The notes under the pieces: generated by a model
Told to the model about the DNA's origin: nothing
The model's database searches: none
The model's input: only the letters and a program-made list of their open reading frames with translations
Position numbers and translations under genes: made by a program
Part shown: in pieces, positions 1-10,139 of the stretch
Numbering within the stretch: position 1 is the stretch's first letter
Layout: each line of letters begins with the position of its first letter
Origin: TPA_inf: Saccharomyces
Lineage: Eukaryota
NCBI GenBank assembly: GCA_000146045.2
Contig: BK006944.2
Coordinates: forward strand, 448,001 to 512,000
Length of the DNA: 64,000 nucleotides
Reading direction: 5' to 3'

Positions 1-520
1 AAAAAATTCTCTGCAAAGGGGAAGAGAAGATTGCATAACTTCAACAATTGTTTTGAGCGTTTCCTTTTAGCATTTTTTTGTTTGGCTTTTGTTTGTTCTT
101 TTGTGTACTTTTCATGTATTTGATCTTCCATGTGCAAAAATAAGTGAAAAAGAGCTGAACTAAATGTAGTATTAAAATCAAGAACAAAACATAAAAAGGA
201 AAGGAGAAAATGGAACAATTGCTTAGTCAAATAATGTGAAGTTATAAAACTGCCGGAAGCCTATAAAAAATATTTTCTTTACTGAGACCGTGATCAGGAG
301 AACGAATGTGTATTAATAGCTGTATATATCTTATAAAGACGAAGCCTATTTACTATCAACGCTATGTAAGTTTGTACTATTATCCTTGTGAAACAAATAA
401 TTGGAGGACAGTCAATAGCATCATCTAACATCGTGAAACGAATCAGTGATTGAAAGGAATTAAATGAGCAACGTGCATAAATAATATCGGTAAAGAAAAA
501 AGAGCGCAATGGTTTCATGA

Positions 521-1963
521 CTATTCTACACCAAGTTGTTGCGCCATTTTATCTAAGCTGATCCCCTTTTCTGGTATGCTTACAGGAAGAGAATAGAAAT
601 ACTCTTCGTCAAATTCAACTTCGTCATCTGACCAATCGTTATCATCATCTGAGTCATCGATACTATGATCTCTAAAAGATACCCGCGACCGGTAAGAAAA
701 CCCCAACATCATCAATGTAGTAATTGATACTGTGATGGCAGTGAATATGAAAATCCTTTTGTCTAATTGAGATGCCGCCGATATGAATTCACCAGAATCT
801 AGTTCTGGTAAGTGCGGCACTTGCGAAAAGGTTGTAGAGAACAGTGTGGCCTGCTCATTAGCAGCGCCTGGATCAGAAATCTTATCTCTTCTTACTACTG
901 TTGGTGTACCTCCTTCATCTGGTGAAGCGAGCTCACCATTAGCGCTAAAGAGACCAAAATTTATTCCCGCTTTTTTATTCAATCCATCCGGATTAAGTAC
1001 TGCTACTAACGACTTCGTTGCGATAGCATTTGTTGTCGTAGTAGTCGTGATACTCAAAAACGTCGAAGTTGCGGTACTTGTTACGATTTTAGTTCTTGGA
1101 AACCATCTTCTTTTGGCTTTTGTCGACGTGATTAAAGTCGTCCCTGTTTCAGTATCAGTCTTGGTCCTGTAAAACCTGTTCACTGTGGTTATTATTTTAG
1201 GACTTTGGTATTCATTCACTAAGTAACGAGTAAAAATTTTCTTTGGCCTCCAAGAACTCCACCTTGTCATATGAATTTCGGTGGCAGTGTGAAATAATGG
1301 GGCCTTCGTATTTCGTTCTTTTTTACTGCCACTTTTATCATCGGTATCCTTACTACAGTTTTCAGAACTAACTTTCTTGTTCTCATGGTATTCGATTTTA
1401 CCTTCCCACTTCTTATCTTTCACACTACAGTCACCGTCGTTTTCTTCTTCATAACCAGTAGCTGGAGACAGAGTTTTACCACTTATCGTTCTTTCGCGCA
1501 AATATTGAACTTCATTATTAGCGTCAACCACTTCGAACATGTCAACTGATGATATAGTCTTTTGATTATTGGTTAAAGAGGTTAATAGTGCAGAAATTAA
1601 TTGGTTTTTTTCGAACTGCAAAGGGTTCCTAAAAAGAGTATTGTTTTGACCAACGAAATAAGACAATTTTCTACTAGAAAATTTGTTGCCTCTAGGTTTC
1701 AAAATCTCTCCGTCATCTAAAACTCCATTTGTCAATTGAAATTGTTCAACAACGATCTGCAACTTGTCATACTCATCTTTGGAGGTACAGTAATCGTGAA
1801 AGCAGCTATTATTAAGGGAACTCAAGGCACACTGTAAACATTTGCAGTTATCCAAGTCCTCCATTGTTTCATTATTCACAGTAACGCATGACCGACAAAA
1901 TGCATATTGTTCATCAAAATAACGGGACACGCATTCACTTAAATTTCGTTTCTTCACATGGAT
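521..1963 (-). CDS. YKR005C exon 2. Type-I membrane-protein-like: Cys-rich, NxS/T-rich luminal part, single C-terminal TM segment, acidic tail.
   Basis: The 478-aa ORF 521..1957 has no ATG at its 5' end (first codon GTG). The frame stays open upstream to a TAA inside a TACTAAT box. The TM helix [19 protein letters not shown] lies near the C-terminus. Position to the left of MRPL13 matches YKR005C, which I recall is intron-containing. Confidence 0.6.
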   Translation of the reverse strand: MHVKKRNLSECVSRYFDEQYAFCRSCVTVNNETMEDLDNCKCLQCALSSLNNSCFHDYCTSKDEYDKLQIVVEQFQLTNGVLDDGEILKPRGNKFSSRKLSYFVGQNNTLFRNPLQFEKNQLISALLTSLTNNQKTISSVDMFEVVDANNEVQYLRERTISGKTLSPATGYEEENDGDCSVKDKKWEGKIEYHENKKVSSENCSKDTDDKSGSKKERNTKAPLFHTATEIHMTRWSSWRPKKIFTRYLVNEYQSPKIITTVNRFYRTKTDTETGTTLITSTKAKRRWFPRTKIVTSTATSTFLSITTTTTTNAIATKSLVAVLNPDGLNKKAGINFGLFSANGELASPDEGGTPTVVRRDKISDPGAANEQATLFSTTFSQVPHLPELDSGEFISAASQLDKRIFIFTAITVSITTLMMLGFSYRSRVSFRDHSIDDSDDDNDWSDDEVEFDEEYFYSLPVSIPEKGISLDKMAQQLGVE

Positions 1964-2020
1964 CTTGTCAGTAATAAAATCTAGAGAATATTAGTACCTC
2001 GGTAAATTTGTTGTACATAC

Positions 2021-2167
2021 GCAACTGGAGAGGAAGGGGGAAATCAGTTGTGAATTGTAACCTGGACATAAGTTAGGATCTGCCACAGTTTTGCTTTGAA
2101 CCGCTGCGAGAACGCTCCCACCACCACCGGCAAAGAGAACCAGCAGAGCGCTTAGACATTCCAACAT
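2021..2167 (-). CDS. YKR005C putative exon 1 (49 codons, [25 protein letters not shown]..., signal-peptide-like). It ends at a canonical GTATGT 5' splice site at 2020..2015.
   Basis: ATG at 2167..2165. The frame is open for 49 codons up to GTATGT. Splicing to the AG at 1965..1964 is phase 0 and joins in frame to exon 2. The hydrophobic N-terminus fits the secretory features of exon 2. Confidence 0.45.
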
Positions 2168-2422
2168 TATCAGTATATCTCGTGTGTTCCTGCCTCTTGA
2201 TGATTTTAGCTAGCTGTAATGTGTAACGAATTATTCCCTTACTGCTTCTTGAGTTAGCCGCCAAAGAGGAAATATAGCCACAAAAAGAACTTACAGAAAA
2301 GATAAGGTAAAAAAAAAAAGTGATCTATAATGGGAAAGAAAAATCCAAACTTCTTCAAAGAGTATATATATGTACAGGATATTAAAATGTAATGATAGTA
2401 GTAATAATAGTATTAACATAAG

Positions 2423-3217
2423 CTAAGCGGATCTTGCTGTTTCCAAAGCTTTTCTTGTTGCATCATCCTCTAACTTTTGAATTTCTTTCATAATAGTATC
2501 ATATTTACTTTTTTGCTCTTTAGAAGTAACATCGTTAACAACATATATGTTTGGTGACGCGTAATTATCAGAAAATGGGTGGATAGCATTTGGCTCAGCT
2601 TCTTTATAAGCGAGTTTAGGATCGTTGGCAGATGGCAAAATTTTTTCCTTAATATACCTTTTAAACTGCAAGGGTGTGCTTAAAGTGGTCAGTTCATAAT
2701 CAGGAATTAGATAGCCAGATTTAGATTGCAAAAATTTGGTGAACTGAAATTTAGCTACCAAATCAGAGAATTGGACGTCCTGGTCTACTTTGCCCAATGT
2801 TTTTTCCGTTGCCTGCAATATCATATCATCTAACTGATTATCAGACGTAATCTTATCCCTGGATAACCACTGATTGAATGGCGCAGAGGAGACCGCAAGC
2901 TTCAACTCCTTCTGTCTCTTACACCGTCTAGACCCTTCGCCAATAAAATTTTCTGGTATTAGCTCCAATCTGTTTTTGTTATTGGAAGAGGATTGAGAGG
3001 AAGCCTCGTTAGTGCCTTCTTCAATATCCTTTATCAACTGTTTGGTGTCCTTGACAGGCTCTTGGTGCTCTTCTTGCTTCTTCCTCTTGAACCATGACAT
3101 AAAGTCCCCGTTTGCAGCGGAACTGTGAATACATCTGGCTTTCTGCTTGTAGCCAGAGAGCCAGACCGACCTTTGCGGCAATGGTCTAATACAATGTAAT
3201 TTAAGCAGTGACGACAT
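2423..3217 (-). CDS. MRPL13: Mitochondrial ribosomal protein of the large subunit (264 aa). The ORF extends 11 codons further upstream to 3250.
   Basis: ORF 2423..3250. I recall the protein as 264 aa, which corresponds to the Met at MSSLLKLHC. It is the neighbour of MEH1 and RSC4. Confidence 0.75.
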
Positions 3218-3433
3218 CCTCATACTATGTCCGCCTTTCCGTCTACCCATTATTCACTTCAGGACTGATGATCAGGCATGCAGTTAATTTGACAGAAGTC
3301 GTTGTTTCACTATAAATTTGTCAGCTACCCGCCTCACCAGCAGCGATAAAGAACGAAGAATAAAAGAGAGCATTCACAGAGTACGAATCCAGTATAGCGG
3401 TAGTGGATACAACGACAGATTTAAGTCGTAAAA

Positions 3434-3988
3434 ATGGGAGCCGTACTCAGCTGTTGTAGAAACCATTCCGGCGAAGAGAATGAAGCTTTGCTGAGGGAAC
3501 AGCAGGCAGGCTATGGAAGTCAAGGAAACGCAAATGACGAATACGATGCCGAACAAATGCGGTTGAAGGAACACGAACACGAACAGAAACTGCTGGCCAG
3601 GGAACAAGAGTTAAGAGACATTGTTGCAAACACCAACGATAAACTAATAGACATATCGATGATAAACAATAGTGGCATTGTAATTCAAGGGACAGACCTG
3701 CAAGAAGCTCTTGATAAAAGACAACAGGAAGAAGGTGGAGATTCCCGGGAAGACGAAAGGAGTGCAGGTGATGACAACCTCAGTGGGCACTCAGTGCCTT
3801 CAAGCGGATCCGCACAGGCAACTACTCACCAAACTGCACCAAGGACTAATACGTTTACTCTGCTTACATCACCGGATTCAGCGAAAATATCAAAGGAACA
3901 GTTAAAGAAGTTGCACTCTAATATACTAAATGAAATTTTCAGCCAGTCCCAGGTAAACAAACCAGGCCCCTTGACGGTTCCCTTTTAA
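3434..3988 (+). CDS. MEH1: EGO/Ragulator-like vacuolar membrane anchor, 184 aa, with N-terminal MGAVLSCC myristoylation/palmitoylation motif
   Basis: 184-aa ORF. The MGxxxSCC lipidation motif is present. Position is between MRPL13 and RSC4. Confidence 0.85.
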   Translation: MGAVLSCCRNHSGEENEALLREQQAGYGSQGNANDEYDAEQMRLKEHEHEQKLLAREQELRDIVANTNDKLIDISMINNSGIVIQGTDLQEALDKRQQEEGGDSREDERSAGDDNLSGHSVPSSGSAQATTHQTAPRTNTFTLLTSPDSAKISKEQLKKLHSNILNEIFSQSQVNKPGPLTVPF

Positions 3989-4200
3989 TGAACTTTTTGT
4001 ATAACATCATTGGTATACAAGCTTTATAAATAAATGTTAAATAGTTAATGAAATAAAAAATCACATTTGACGAATTCGGAAGACAAGTAGCCCAAGAAAA
4101 AAAACAACAAAAGCATGCTAGAGGATGATGTTTAAAACGACCCTCAGCCTGTTATTACAATAGAGAGCAAACCAAAGAATAATAGATAAAGTACACAGAT

Positions 4201-6078
4201 ATGGTAGTTAAGAAGCGTAAGTTGGCAACTGAGGCCGGTGGCAGTGATGAAAGGCCTAAATACTTGCCGGGAAAACATCCTAAAAACCAAGAGAAAACTC
4301 CGCATGTGGATTATAACGCCCCATTAAACCCTAAATCTGAACTTTTTCTAGATGACTGGCATATACCTAAATTTAATCGATTTATTAGTTTCACTTTGGA
4401 TGTTCTTATCGACAAATACAAAGATATTTTCAAAGATTTCATCAAACTACCAAGTAGGAAGTTTCATCCACAGTATTATTACAAGATCCAGCAGCCAATG
4501 TCTATTAATGAAATCAAGTCAAGAGATTATGAATACGAAGATGGTCCAAGTAATTTTCTTTTGGATGTTGAGCTACTGACAAAGAATTGTCAAGCTTACA
4601 ATGAATATGACAGTTTGATTGTAAAAAACTCCATGCAAGTAGTAATGTTGATTGAATTTGAAGTATTGAAGGCAAAAAATTTGAAAAGAAATTACTTAAT
4701 TAACAGCGAGGTCAAAGCCAAATTACTGCACTATCTTAATAAGCTAGTTGACGCCACGGAAAAGAAAATCAACCAGGCTCTGCTGGGTGCGTCATCTCCT
4801 AAAAACTTAGACGACAAAGTCAAGCTAAGTGAACCGTTTATGGAATTAGTCGATAAAGATGAACTTCCTGAATATTATGAAATAGTGCATAGCCCCATGG
4901 CTTTATCGATCGTAAAGCAGAACCTCGAAATTGGTCAGTATTCCAAGATATATGATTTCATCATTGATATGCTTTTAGTTTTTCAGAATGCTCATATATT
5001 CAATGATCCAAGCGCTTTGATTTACAAAGACGCAACAACTTTAACAAATTATTTTAACTACTTAATACAAAAGGAATTCTTCCCAGAGTTACAGGATTTA
5101 AATGAACGTGGCGAAATTAATTTAGAATTTGACAAATTCGAATTCGAAAACTACTTAGCTATTGGTGGTGGTGGTCCAGCCGCAGCAGGTGCGTTAGCTA
5201 TATCTGCTCTTGATAATGATATTGAGCCAGAATCTAACCGTGAAGATCTTATTGATCAAGCAGATTATGATTTCAATCATTTCGAAGGTCTCGGCAATGG
5301 TTATAATCGTTCTCTCCTAACTGAAGATTATTTACTGAACCCAAACAACTTCAAAAAGTTAATAGCCAAACCGGAAACAGTGCAATCCGAAGTCAAAAAT
5401 GAAAGATCAACGACATCTGATATTGAGAAGACAAACTCCTTAGAGAGCGAACATTTAAAAATCCCCAAATACAATGTTATAAAATCCATGCAAAAAGAAA
5501 TGCAATCACTCTCAGAGCAACACACCATGGAGTATAAGCCCTATAAATTAATACAACAAATTTACATTTTTTCTTCTAAAAATTTGTATTCGCAGGCAAC
5601 TAAGCCTTTACTGGGTTCAAGGCCATCATGCAATCAAAATTGGGTAGAGTATATTTTCAATGGTAATGAATTGAGTCAAAATGAAAACGCTTTCTCCTTC
5701 ATGTTACAACCCATGCAAACTTTTTTAACATTACAGTCTCATTTGACCTCATCATTAAAGGATACAGAGACTTTATTAACCATTAATAAAGAGCCAGTGA
5801 AGTCTAGAACTTCAAATGTAAACAGTAACCTTTCCCAACCTCAGCAACAAGAAAATGATGTTATTGGAAACGATACGAAGCAAGATATAGAAAATTTGAC
5901 AATCGGCGGCGGCAACAATAACGATATTGTTGGTAACGATAATGATAAACGTAATAATATAACCGAAATCTTTGATATTCGCTTATCAGAAGGTTTAAAT
6001 CATTTGATGTTTAGGTGTGAGGACAAAATATCTCATGAAACGGAATTCATGAATTTCTGGATAAATGTCTTACCATGA
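4201..6078 (+). CDS. RSC4: RSC chromatin-remodeller subunit with tandem bromodomains, 625 aa
   Basis: 625-aa ORF. Bromodomain-like blocks (FxxPV...YY...I..PM, second copy ...YYEIVHSPMAL...). Adjacent to FOX2. Confidence 0.85.
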   Translation: MVVKKRKLATEAGGSDERPKYLPGKHPKNQEKTPHVDYNAPLNPKSELFLDDWHIPKFNRFISFTLDVLIDKYKDIFKDFIKLPSRKFHPQYYYKIQQPMSINEIKSRDYEYEDGPSNFLLDVELLTKNCQAYNEYDSLIVKNSMQVVMLIEFEVLKAKNLKRNYLINSEVKAKLLHYLNKLVDATEKKINQALLGASSPKNLDDKVKLSEPFMELVDKDELPEYYEIVHSPMALSIVKQNLEIGQYSKIYDFIIDMLLVFQNAHIFNDPSALIYKDATTLTNYFNYLIQKEFFPELQDLNERGEINLEFDKFEFENYLAIGGGGPAAAGALAISALDNDIEPESNREDLIDQADYDFNHFEGLGNGYNRSLLTEDYLLNPNNFKKLIAKPETVQSEVKNERSTTSDIEKTNSLESEHLKIPKYNVIKSMQKEMQSLSEQHTMEYKPYKLIQQIYIFSSKNLYSQATKPLLGSRPSCNQNWVEYIFNGNELSQNENAFSFMLQPMQTFLTLQSHLTSSLKDTETLLTINKEPVKSRTSNVNSNLSQPQQQENDVIGNDTKQDIENLTIGGGNNNDIVGNDNDKRNNITEIFDIRLSEGLNHLMFRCEDKISHETEFMNFWINVLP

Positions 6079-6351
6079 TGACTATCTCTCTCTTCATAGT
6101 CTTCCCATCATATGCATGTATCTATATACAACCTATATACACTTTGTAATATTATCCATCCTCTTCCTCTATATAGATTAAAACTGTTAATATTACACAT
6201 GACAAAAAAGTTGCGTCCGTAAAGAAAAAGTACTTAAAATGGGTAGGTTAGTTATGTAGGGAAAGATGTATGTAAGGATATGGCTTAACAAAGCTGTTAA
6301 ATGAAAAGAATATAATCGCTATTTTTTATATTATTCAAATCTTTTTTTGTA

Positions 6352-9054
6352 TTATAGTTTAGATTTTGCCTGCGATAGTTTTACAGCGGCGTTATCCAAT
6401 ACAATGACGTTTCTGGTCGTATCAATTGTTTGAAAAACGACAACCGAGCCTTGCTTCCAAGCTTTAACCTTTAGAGTATCACCTGGGAAAACAACATTGG
6501 TAAATCTCACTTTCAACTCCTCATATGGACCATAATGTTCAAACAATGCTTTCGCACTAATACCTAATGTACAAAGCCCATGCAGAATTGGCGTAGGAAA
6601 TTTAACTGCTTTGGCTAGCGTGGGATCGATATGTAAAGGATTGAAATCGCCAGATAACCTGTACAATGCGGCTTGATCTTTATTCGTAGAAATCTCCGCC
6701 TCAAAATCTGGTACCTTTCCATGTGGCACTTCAAAATTTTGGACAGCAAACTTGGCTCTTTTCCCATCCCTCACTTCCTTTTCTGGAGGTACATGTGCGC
6801 CCCTGATGAAGAACGATCCTTCGTTATAAGCTATGAGTTTCTTAGTTTTAATGTCATAAGTTTCGAAGCCACCAACAACTAAAGCGGCTTTACCATTCTT
6901 GTCAAGTACTTGTAAAGGTTTAGCAAGTGTCTTTAGAGTTCCATTACTTGGCATTGTCGGCGTGCAGAGCTTAAAATATTGTTCTCCATGCAGTAACATT
7001 GCATAATTGAAGTTATCGACTAAATTGTCCATAGCTAGTGTGGCAGTAGCTTGCATAAATGGAATGACGGCGAACGTGGGCAAAACTTGGAAGTCTGGAT
7101 CATTCTCGTAGGTGTACTTAAGCTCTTTGCTTGTGCATCCAAGTCCTAAATTGTACAAGATACAATCCTTGGTAGTGTACTTGAATAATCCATCATCCAA
7201 CTCCTTTGAAGAGTGCGCTTTTTGCACGGCTTGCAAGGTTGCCATAGAAGACTCCTCTGTGGAGCTCGGGTTGATAGTGTTGCGACTGAAATCAGTGATG
7301 TGGTTCCAATTTTCTTTAATTTCTTCCGGTTCAATAGTCTCTTTAATAGAAACATAACCGGAACTTCTTTGCCATCTGGTTTGCCCACACCAACCACCGC
7401 CAACTTCGAATAATTGGCCAATAACCCTTCTTCCAGAATACTTTTGTAGTTCTTCAGATGCCAACAAAACAACAAGTGGGGAGACTTGAGATGCATCAAA
7501 GTGGTTTGATAATTCCTTCTCCGAGAATATAGTCTTTGTCATAGCCGTTTCTGCATGAGGAGCGATAACATTAACAATAATTCCTCTCTTGGCACCTTCC
7601 AGTGCAATAGTTTTACTGAATCCTAAAATGGCGGCTTTTGCAGCGGCATAATTGGCCTGTCCAAAATTACCATAAATTCCTGAGGTAGAAGTAGTATTGA
7701 TAATAAATCCAGACTTTTGTTTGGTAAATATTGGCCATACTGCTTTTGACAATGAAAATGTGGAAAAAAGGTGGACTTTCAGGACAGCAAACCATTCCTC
7801 ATCTTTCATTTTTAAAAAAGATTTGTCACGCAAAATACCAGCGTTATTGACCAAGATGTCTACTCTCTGAAACTTACTTATTGCAGTTTGGATAATGAGA
7901 GGAGCTTCGGTGACCACATCATGGGAATCTGGAATGGCTGTGCCTTCACCATATAGTTTATTTATTTCTTCAACAACTGAAAAAGGATCCTTGATGTCAT
8001 TTACAACTACCTTCGCACCGTACCGTGCAAACCAGATTGCATGAGACTTCCCAAGACCACCTCCTGCACCCGTAACTACTACGACTTTGTTGCAAAGCGA
8101 CTTGATTTTCACTGAGCCTTGTTCATTGGGAGGTAATTTTTTTGCTTTGGTGATTAAATCATTATAATCCGAGAGTTGATATGGATGCTGAGTTTTGTTA
8201 AATGGCTTGTCCCTATAGTCTGTGATTTCCTTCCACTTATTTAAAATTGCTTCAGGAGTATATGTCTTGGGGTCTGGATTGAAAATTTGTCCAGAAGACC
8301 TCTCCCATCTGAGCTGTCCAAAGAATCCAGCAGCGAGTTCAAAAATGGAGTTTGACACTTTCGTACTTTCGTGTGTCAAATAGAGTACTAAGGGAACAAT
8401 TTTTTCCGGTCCTAACTGTTTCAAGATATGTGGTGGTAACACGTTTTCTGTCATACGTGATCTAGCCAATGGCGCAATTGAATTAACATTAATGTTGTAT
8501 TTGGCACCCTCCTTCGCGAGGGTTTCCGCCAAACCAACTAAGCCCATTTTAGCTGCTGAATAATTAGCTTGACCAAAATTTCCAAATAGACCGGCAGGGG
8601 AAGCGGTGTTAATGATTCTACCAAATTTCTGAGAGCGCATATAAGGCCAAGCAGCACGCGATAGCTTATAGCCACCTGTCAAATGAACATCTACCACAGA
8701 TGCAAACTCACGTTCTGTCATCTTTGCAAATGAAACATCCCTTAATATTCCAGCGTTGTTAATTAGTACATCAACCCTGCCGAATTCTTTTATAGCCGTT
8801 TCAATTATTTTCTCTCCATTTTCATTAACAGAGTCGTAATTTGCCACAGCTATACCTCCGGCTTTTTTTATCTCATCCACCACTAAGTCTGCAGCTTTGG
8901 AGTTATGTCCTGAACCACCCAAAGTGCCACCTAGATCATTGACGACCACTTTTGCACCTCTGCTTGCGTAAGCTAGTGCATACACCTTACCTAAGCCCCC
9001 TCCAGCGCCCGTGATTACAACAACTCTATCTTTGAAGGATAAATTTCCAGGCAT
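6352..9054 (-). CDS. FOX2: Peroxisomal multifunctional beta-oxidation enzyme (two SDR dehydrogenase domains plus hydratase 2), 900 aa, with C-terminal SKL PTS1
   Basis: 900-aa ORF. Two GxGxxG Rossmann motifs (VVVITGAGGGLG and VVVVTGAGGGLG). MaoC-like hydratase C-terminus. Ends in ...AKSKL. An ORE pair lies upstream. Confidence 0.92.
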   Translation of the reverse strand: MPGNLSFKDRVVVITGAGGGLGKVYALAYASRGAKVVVNDLGGTLGGSGHNSKAADLVVDEIKKAGGIAVANYDSVNENGEKIIETAIKEFGRVDVLINNAGILRDVSFAKMTEREFASVVDVHLTGGYKLSRAAWPYMRSQKFGRIINTASPAGLFGNFGQANYSAAKMGLVGLAETLAKEGAKYNINVNSIAPLARSRMTENVLPPHILKQLGPEKIVPLVLYLTHESTKVSNSIFELAAGFFGQLRWERSSGQIFNPDPKTYTPEAILNKWKEITDYRDKPFNKTQHPYQLSDYNDLITKAKKLPPNEQGSVKIKSLCNKVVVVTGAGGGLGKSHAIWFARYGAKVVVNDIKDPFSVVEEINKLYGEGTAIPDSHDVVTEAPLIIQTAISKFQRVDILVNNAGILRDKSFLKMKDEEWFAVLKVHLFSTFSLSKAVWPIFTKQKSGFIINTTSTSGIYGNFGQANYAAAKAAILGFSKTIALEGAKRGIIVNVIAPHAETAMTKTIFSEKELSNHFDASQVSPLVVLLASEELQKYSGRRVIGQLFEVGGGWCGQTRWQRSSGYVSIKETIEPEEIKENWNHITDFSRNTINPSSTEESSMATLQAVQKAHSSKELDDGLFKYTTKDCILYNLGLGCTSKELKYTYENDPDFQVLPTFAVIPFMQATATLAMDNLVDNFNYAMLLHGEQYFKLCTPTMPSNGTLKTLAKPLQVLDKNGKAALVVGGFETYDIKTKKLIAYNEGSFFIRGAHVPPEKEVRDGKRAKFAVQNFEVPHGKVPDFEAEISTNKDQAALYRLSGDFNPLHIDPTLAKAVKFPTPILHGLCTLGISAKALFEHYGPYEELKVRFTNVVFPGDTLKVKAWKQGSVVVFQTIDTTRNVIVLDNAAVKLSQAKSKL

Positions 9055-9304
9055 GGCTTACTCAAATAAGAAATAAATCGAATGTTTGTTTAGCTTCGTA
9101 TATGTGTACCTTGCTTAATAAATTAGCTGATAAGTCCTTCTACCTTTCAACACTGGGAGTAAAGCAGCCAGAAACGACTTCTTATATAATTTCTTTACTT
9201 GTCTTCCTTGTTTTTTTACCCCATCCTCCTTTGCTTTCTTGCTGATGTTGATCCCCGTTGGAGTAAAAATTGGCAAATAACCGCCGAGAGTTCTAGTACG
9301 GATA

Positions 9305-9325
9305 CGGCGTTAACAAATTTCCCCG
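9305..9325. promoter_or_regulatory. Oleate response element (ORE) CGGN3TNA-N9-CCG (CGGCGTTAACAAATTTCCCCG), Oaf1/Pip2 site, about 250 bp upstream of the FOX2 ATG
   Basis: Exact match to the ORE consensus CGGNNNTNA(N9-12)CCG, read directly from the sequence. Confidence 0.7.
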
Positions 9326-9336
9326 TCGATCACTTT

Positions 9337-9358
9337 CGGACTTAAAACTAGGCTTCCG
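9337..9358. promoter_or_regulatory. Second ORE (CGGACTTAAAACTAGGCTTCCG), 11 bp from the first
   Basis: CGG-N3-TNA-N10-CCG consensus match, read directly from the sequence. Confidence 0.65.
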
Positions 9359-9817
9359 GAACCACACAAGATTAAGAAATTAAGGCTTACAACAAGACTT
9401 GAGAGAAGTGATCGAATATTAGGATACTCTTTTTGTTTATGTAAACAATTACCGTAACAGACTCGGGAGAATCAGAAGGGAAGCTGCCTCTAGATATCAA
9501 AATGAACGAAGTAAAAATATCGAAGCATAAACAAAACGATAAAAACTTTAGAAACTATTGATTCTCTTCCAGCCTTGCCTTAGCTCAAGTTCCTGAATAT
9601 TCTTGTTTTTTATCGCTACGTACTCAATTTTTAATGCACCATAACTACTCAACATAACGGGTTAGTGAAATCTACTGTGCTGCTAGAATAGTATCACGTA
9701 CAGTAGTTTAATTGATAGCGTAAATTGAAAAATCAGCTAAATAAATTGTCATCAATTTTACAATAGCAGAAATGTAGCGATTAATAATTCAATAGGAAAT
9801 GAAAGGGACTTTAAATT

Positions 9818-9906
9818 CAGAAATAGGTGAATTTATGATGATTGTTGGGATTTCTTACTAGTAATTTGAATAGTAGTCACATGATCGTTGATTATTATTC
9901 CAATAC
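9818..9906 (-). mobile_element. Internally deleted Ty1/Ty2 delta LTR remnant, minus orientation
   Basis: 9821-9858 (aaataggtgaatttatgatgattgttgggatttc) resembles the reverse complement of the delta 3' end (gaaatgggtgaatgttgagataattgttgggattcc). 9891-9906 (attattattccaata) resembles the reverse complement of the delta 5' end (ggatttttattccaaca). Confidence 0.4.
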
Positions 9907-10100
9907 AAATTTTGTGTAAAGTCACTCTTTCCCCTTCTGAATGGTGCATTCGTGAAAGAATTTTCGATATTGTTGTATTGTAAACTAGGAATCAAAGGTA
10001 TCGTTCTATAATGAGAGAAGTATTAAAGGCACGCACTGATCGATTGTATCAGATATGACTATAGCTTTAGTGTTTAGAGTCATCTCTTCATACATATAAA

Positions 10101-10139
10101 TGTTGCAATAAAAATCAACTAATATCTATGTTGTCATAT
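10101..10139 (+). mobile_element. 5' fragment of an older delta LTR in plus orientation. It is interrupted by the next element and resumes at 10472 to about 10505.
   Basis: tgttgcaataaaaatcaactaatatctatg matches the delta start tgttggaatagaaatcaactatcatctact. After the inserted LTR the sequence catataaagtttagaaagatgac matches delta catatacggtgttagaagatgac. Confidence 0.55.

Noticed and set aside
783-1172. 129-aa antisense ORF inside YKR005C, plus other listed internal antisense ORFs (e.g. 3374..3607, 4352..4579, 7146..7499, 22541..22969, 48619..49221, 57781..58125)
   Set aside because: All are embedded in or opposite to long, well-supported CDSs. Repetitive or hydrophobic translations with no start context.
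1981-2069. Alternative YKR005C model: start at ATG 2069, 40-nt intron to the TAG acceptor at 1981-1983 (phase 1)
   Set aside because: A 40-nt intron is below the known yeast minimum. The product lacks a signal peptide despite a clearly secretory or luminal body. The 57-nt phase-0 model is preferred but unproven.
3250-3250. Longer N-terminal versions of MRPL13, YKR018C, ALY1, DBP7, BCH2, SPO14 and CAF4 using the first in-frame ATG of each ORF
   Set aside because: The remembered protein lengths (264, 725, 915, 742, 765, 1683, 643 aa) fit the downstream Met in each case. The extensions are short and not obviously functional. CAF4 is the least certain of these.
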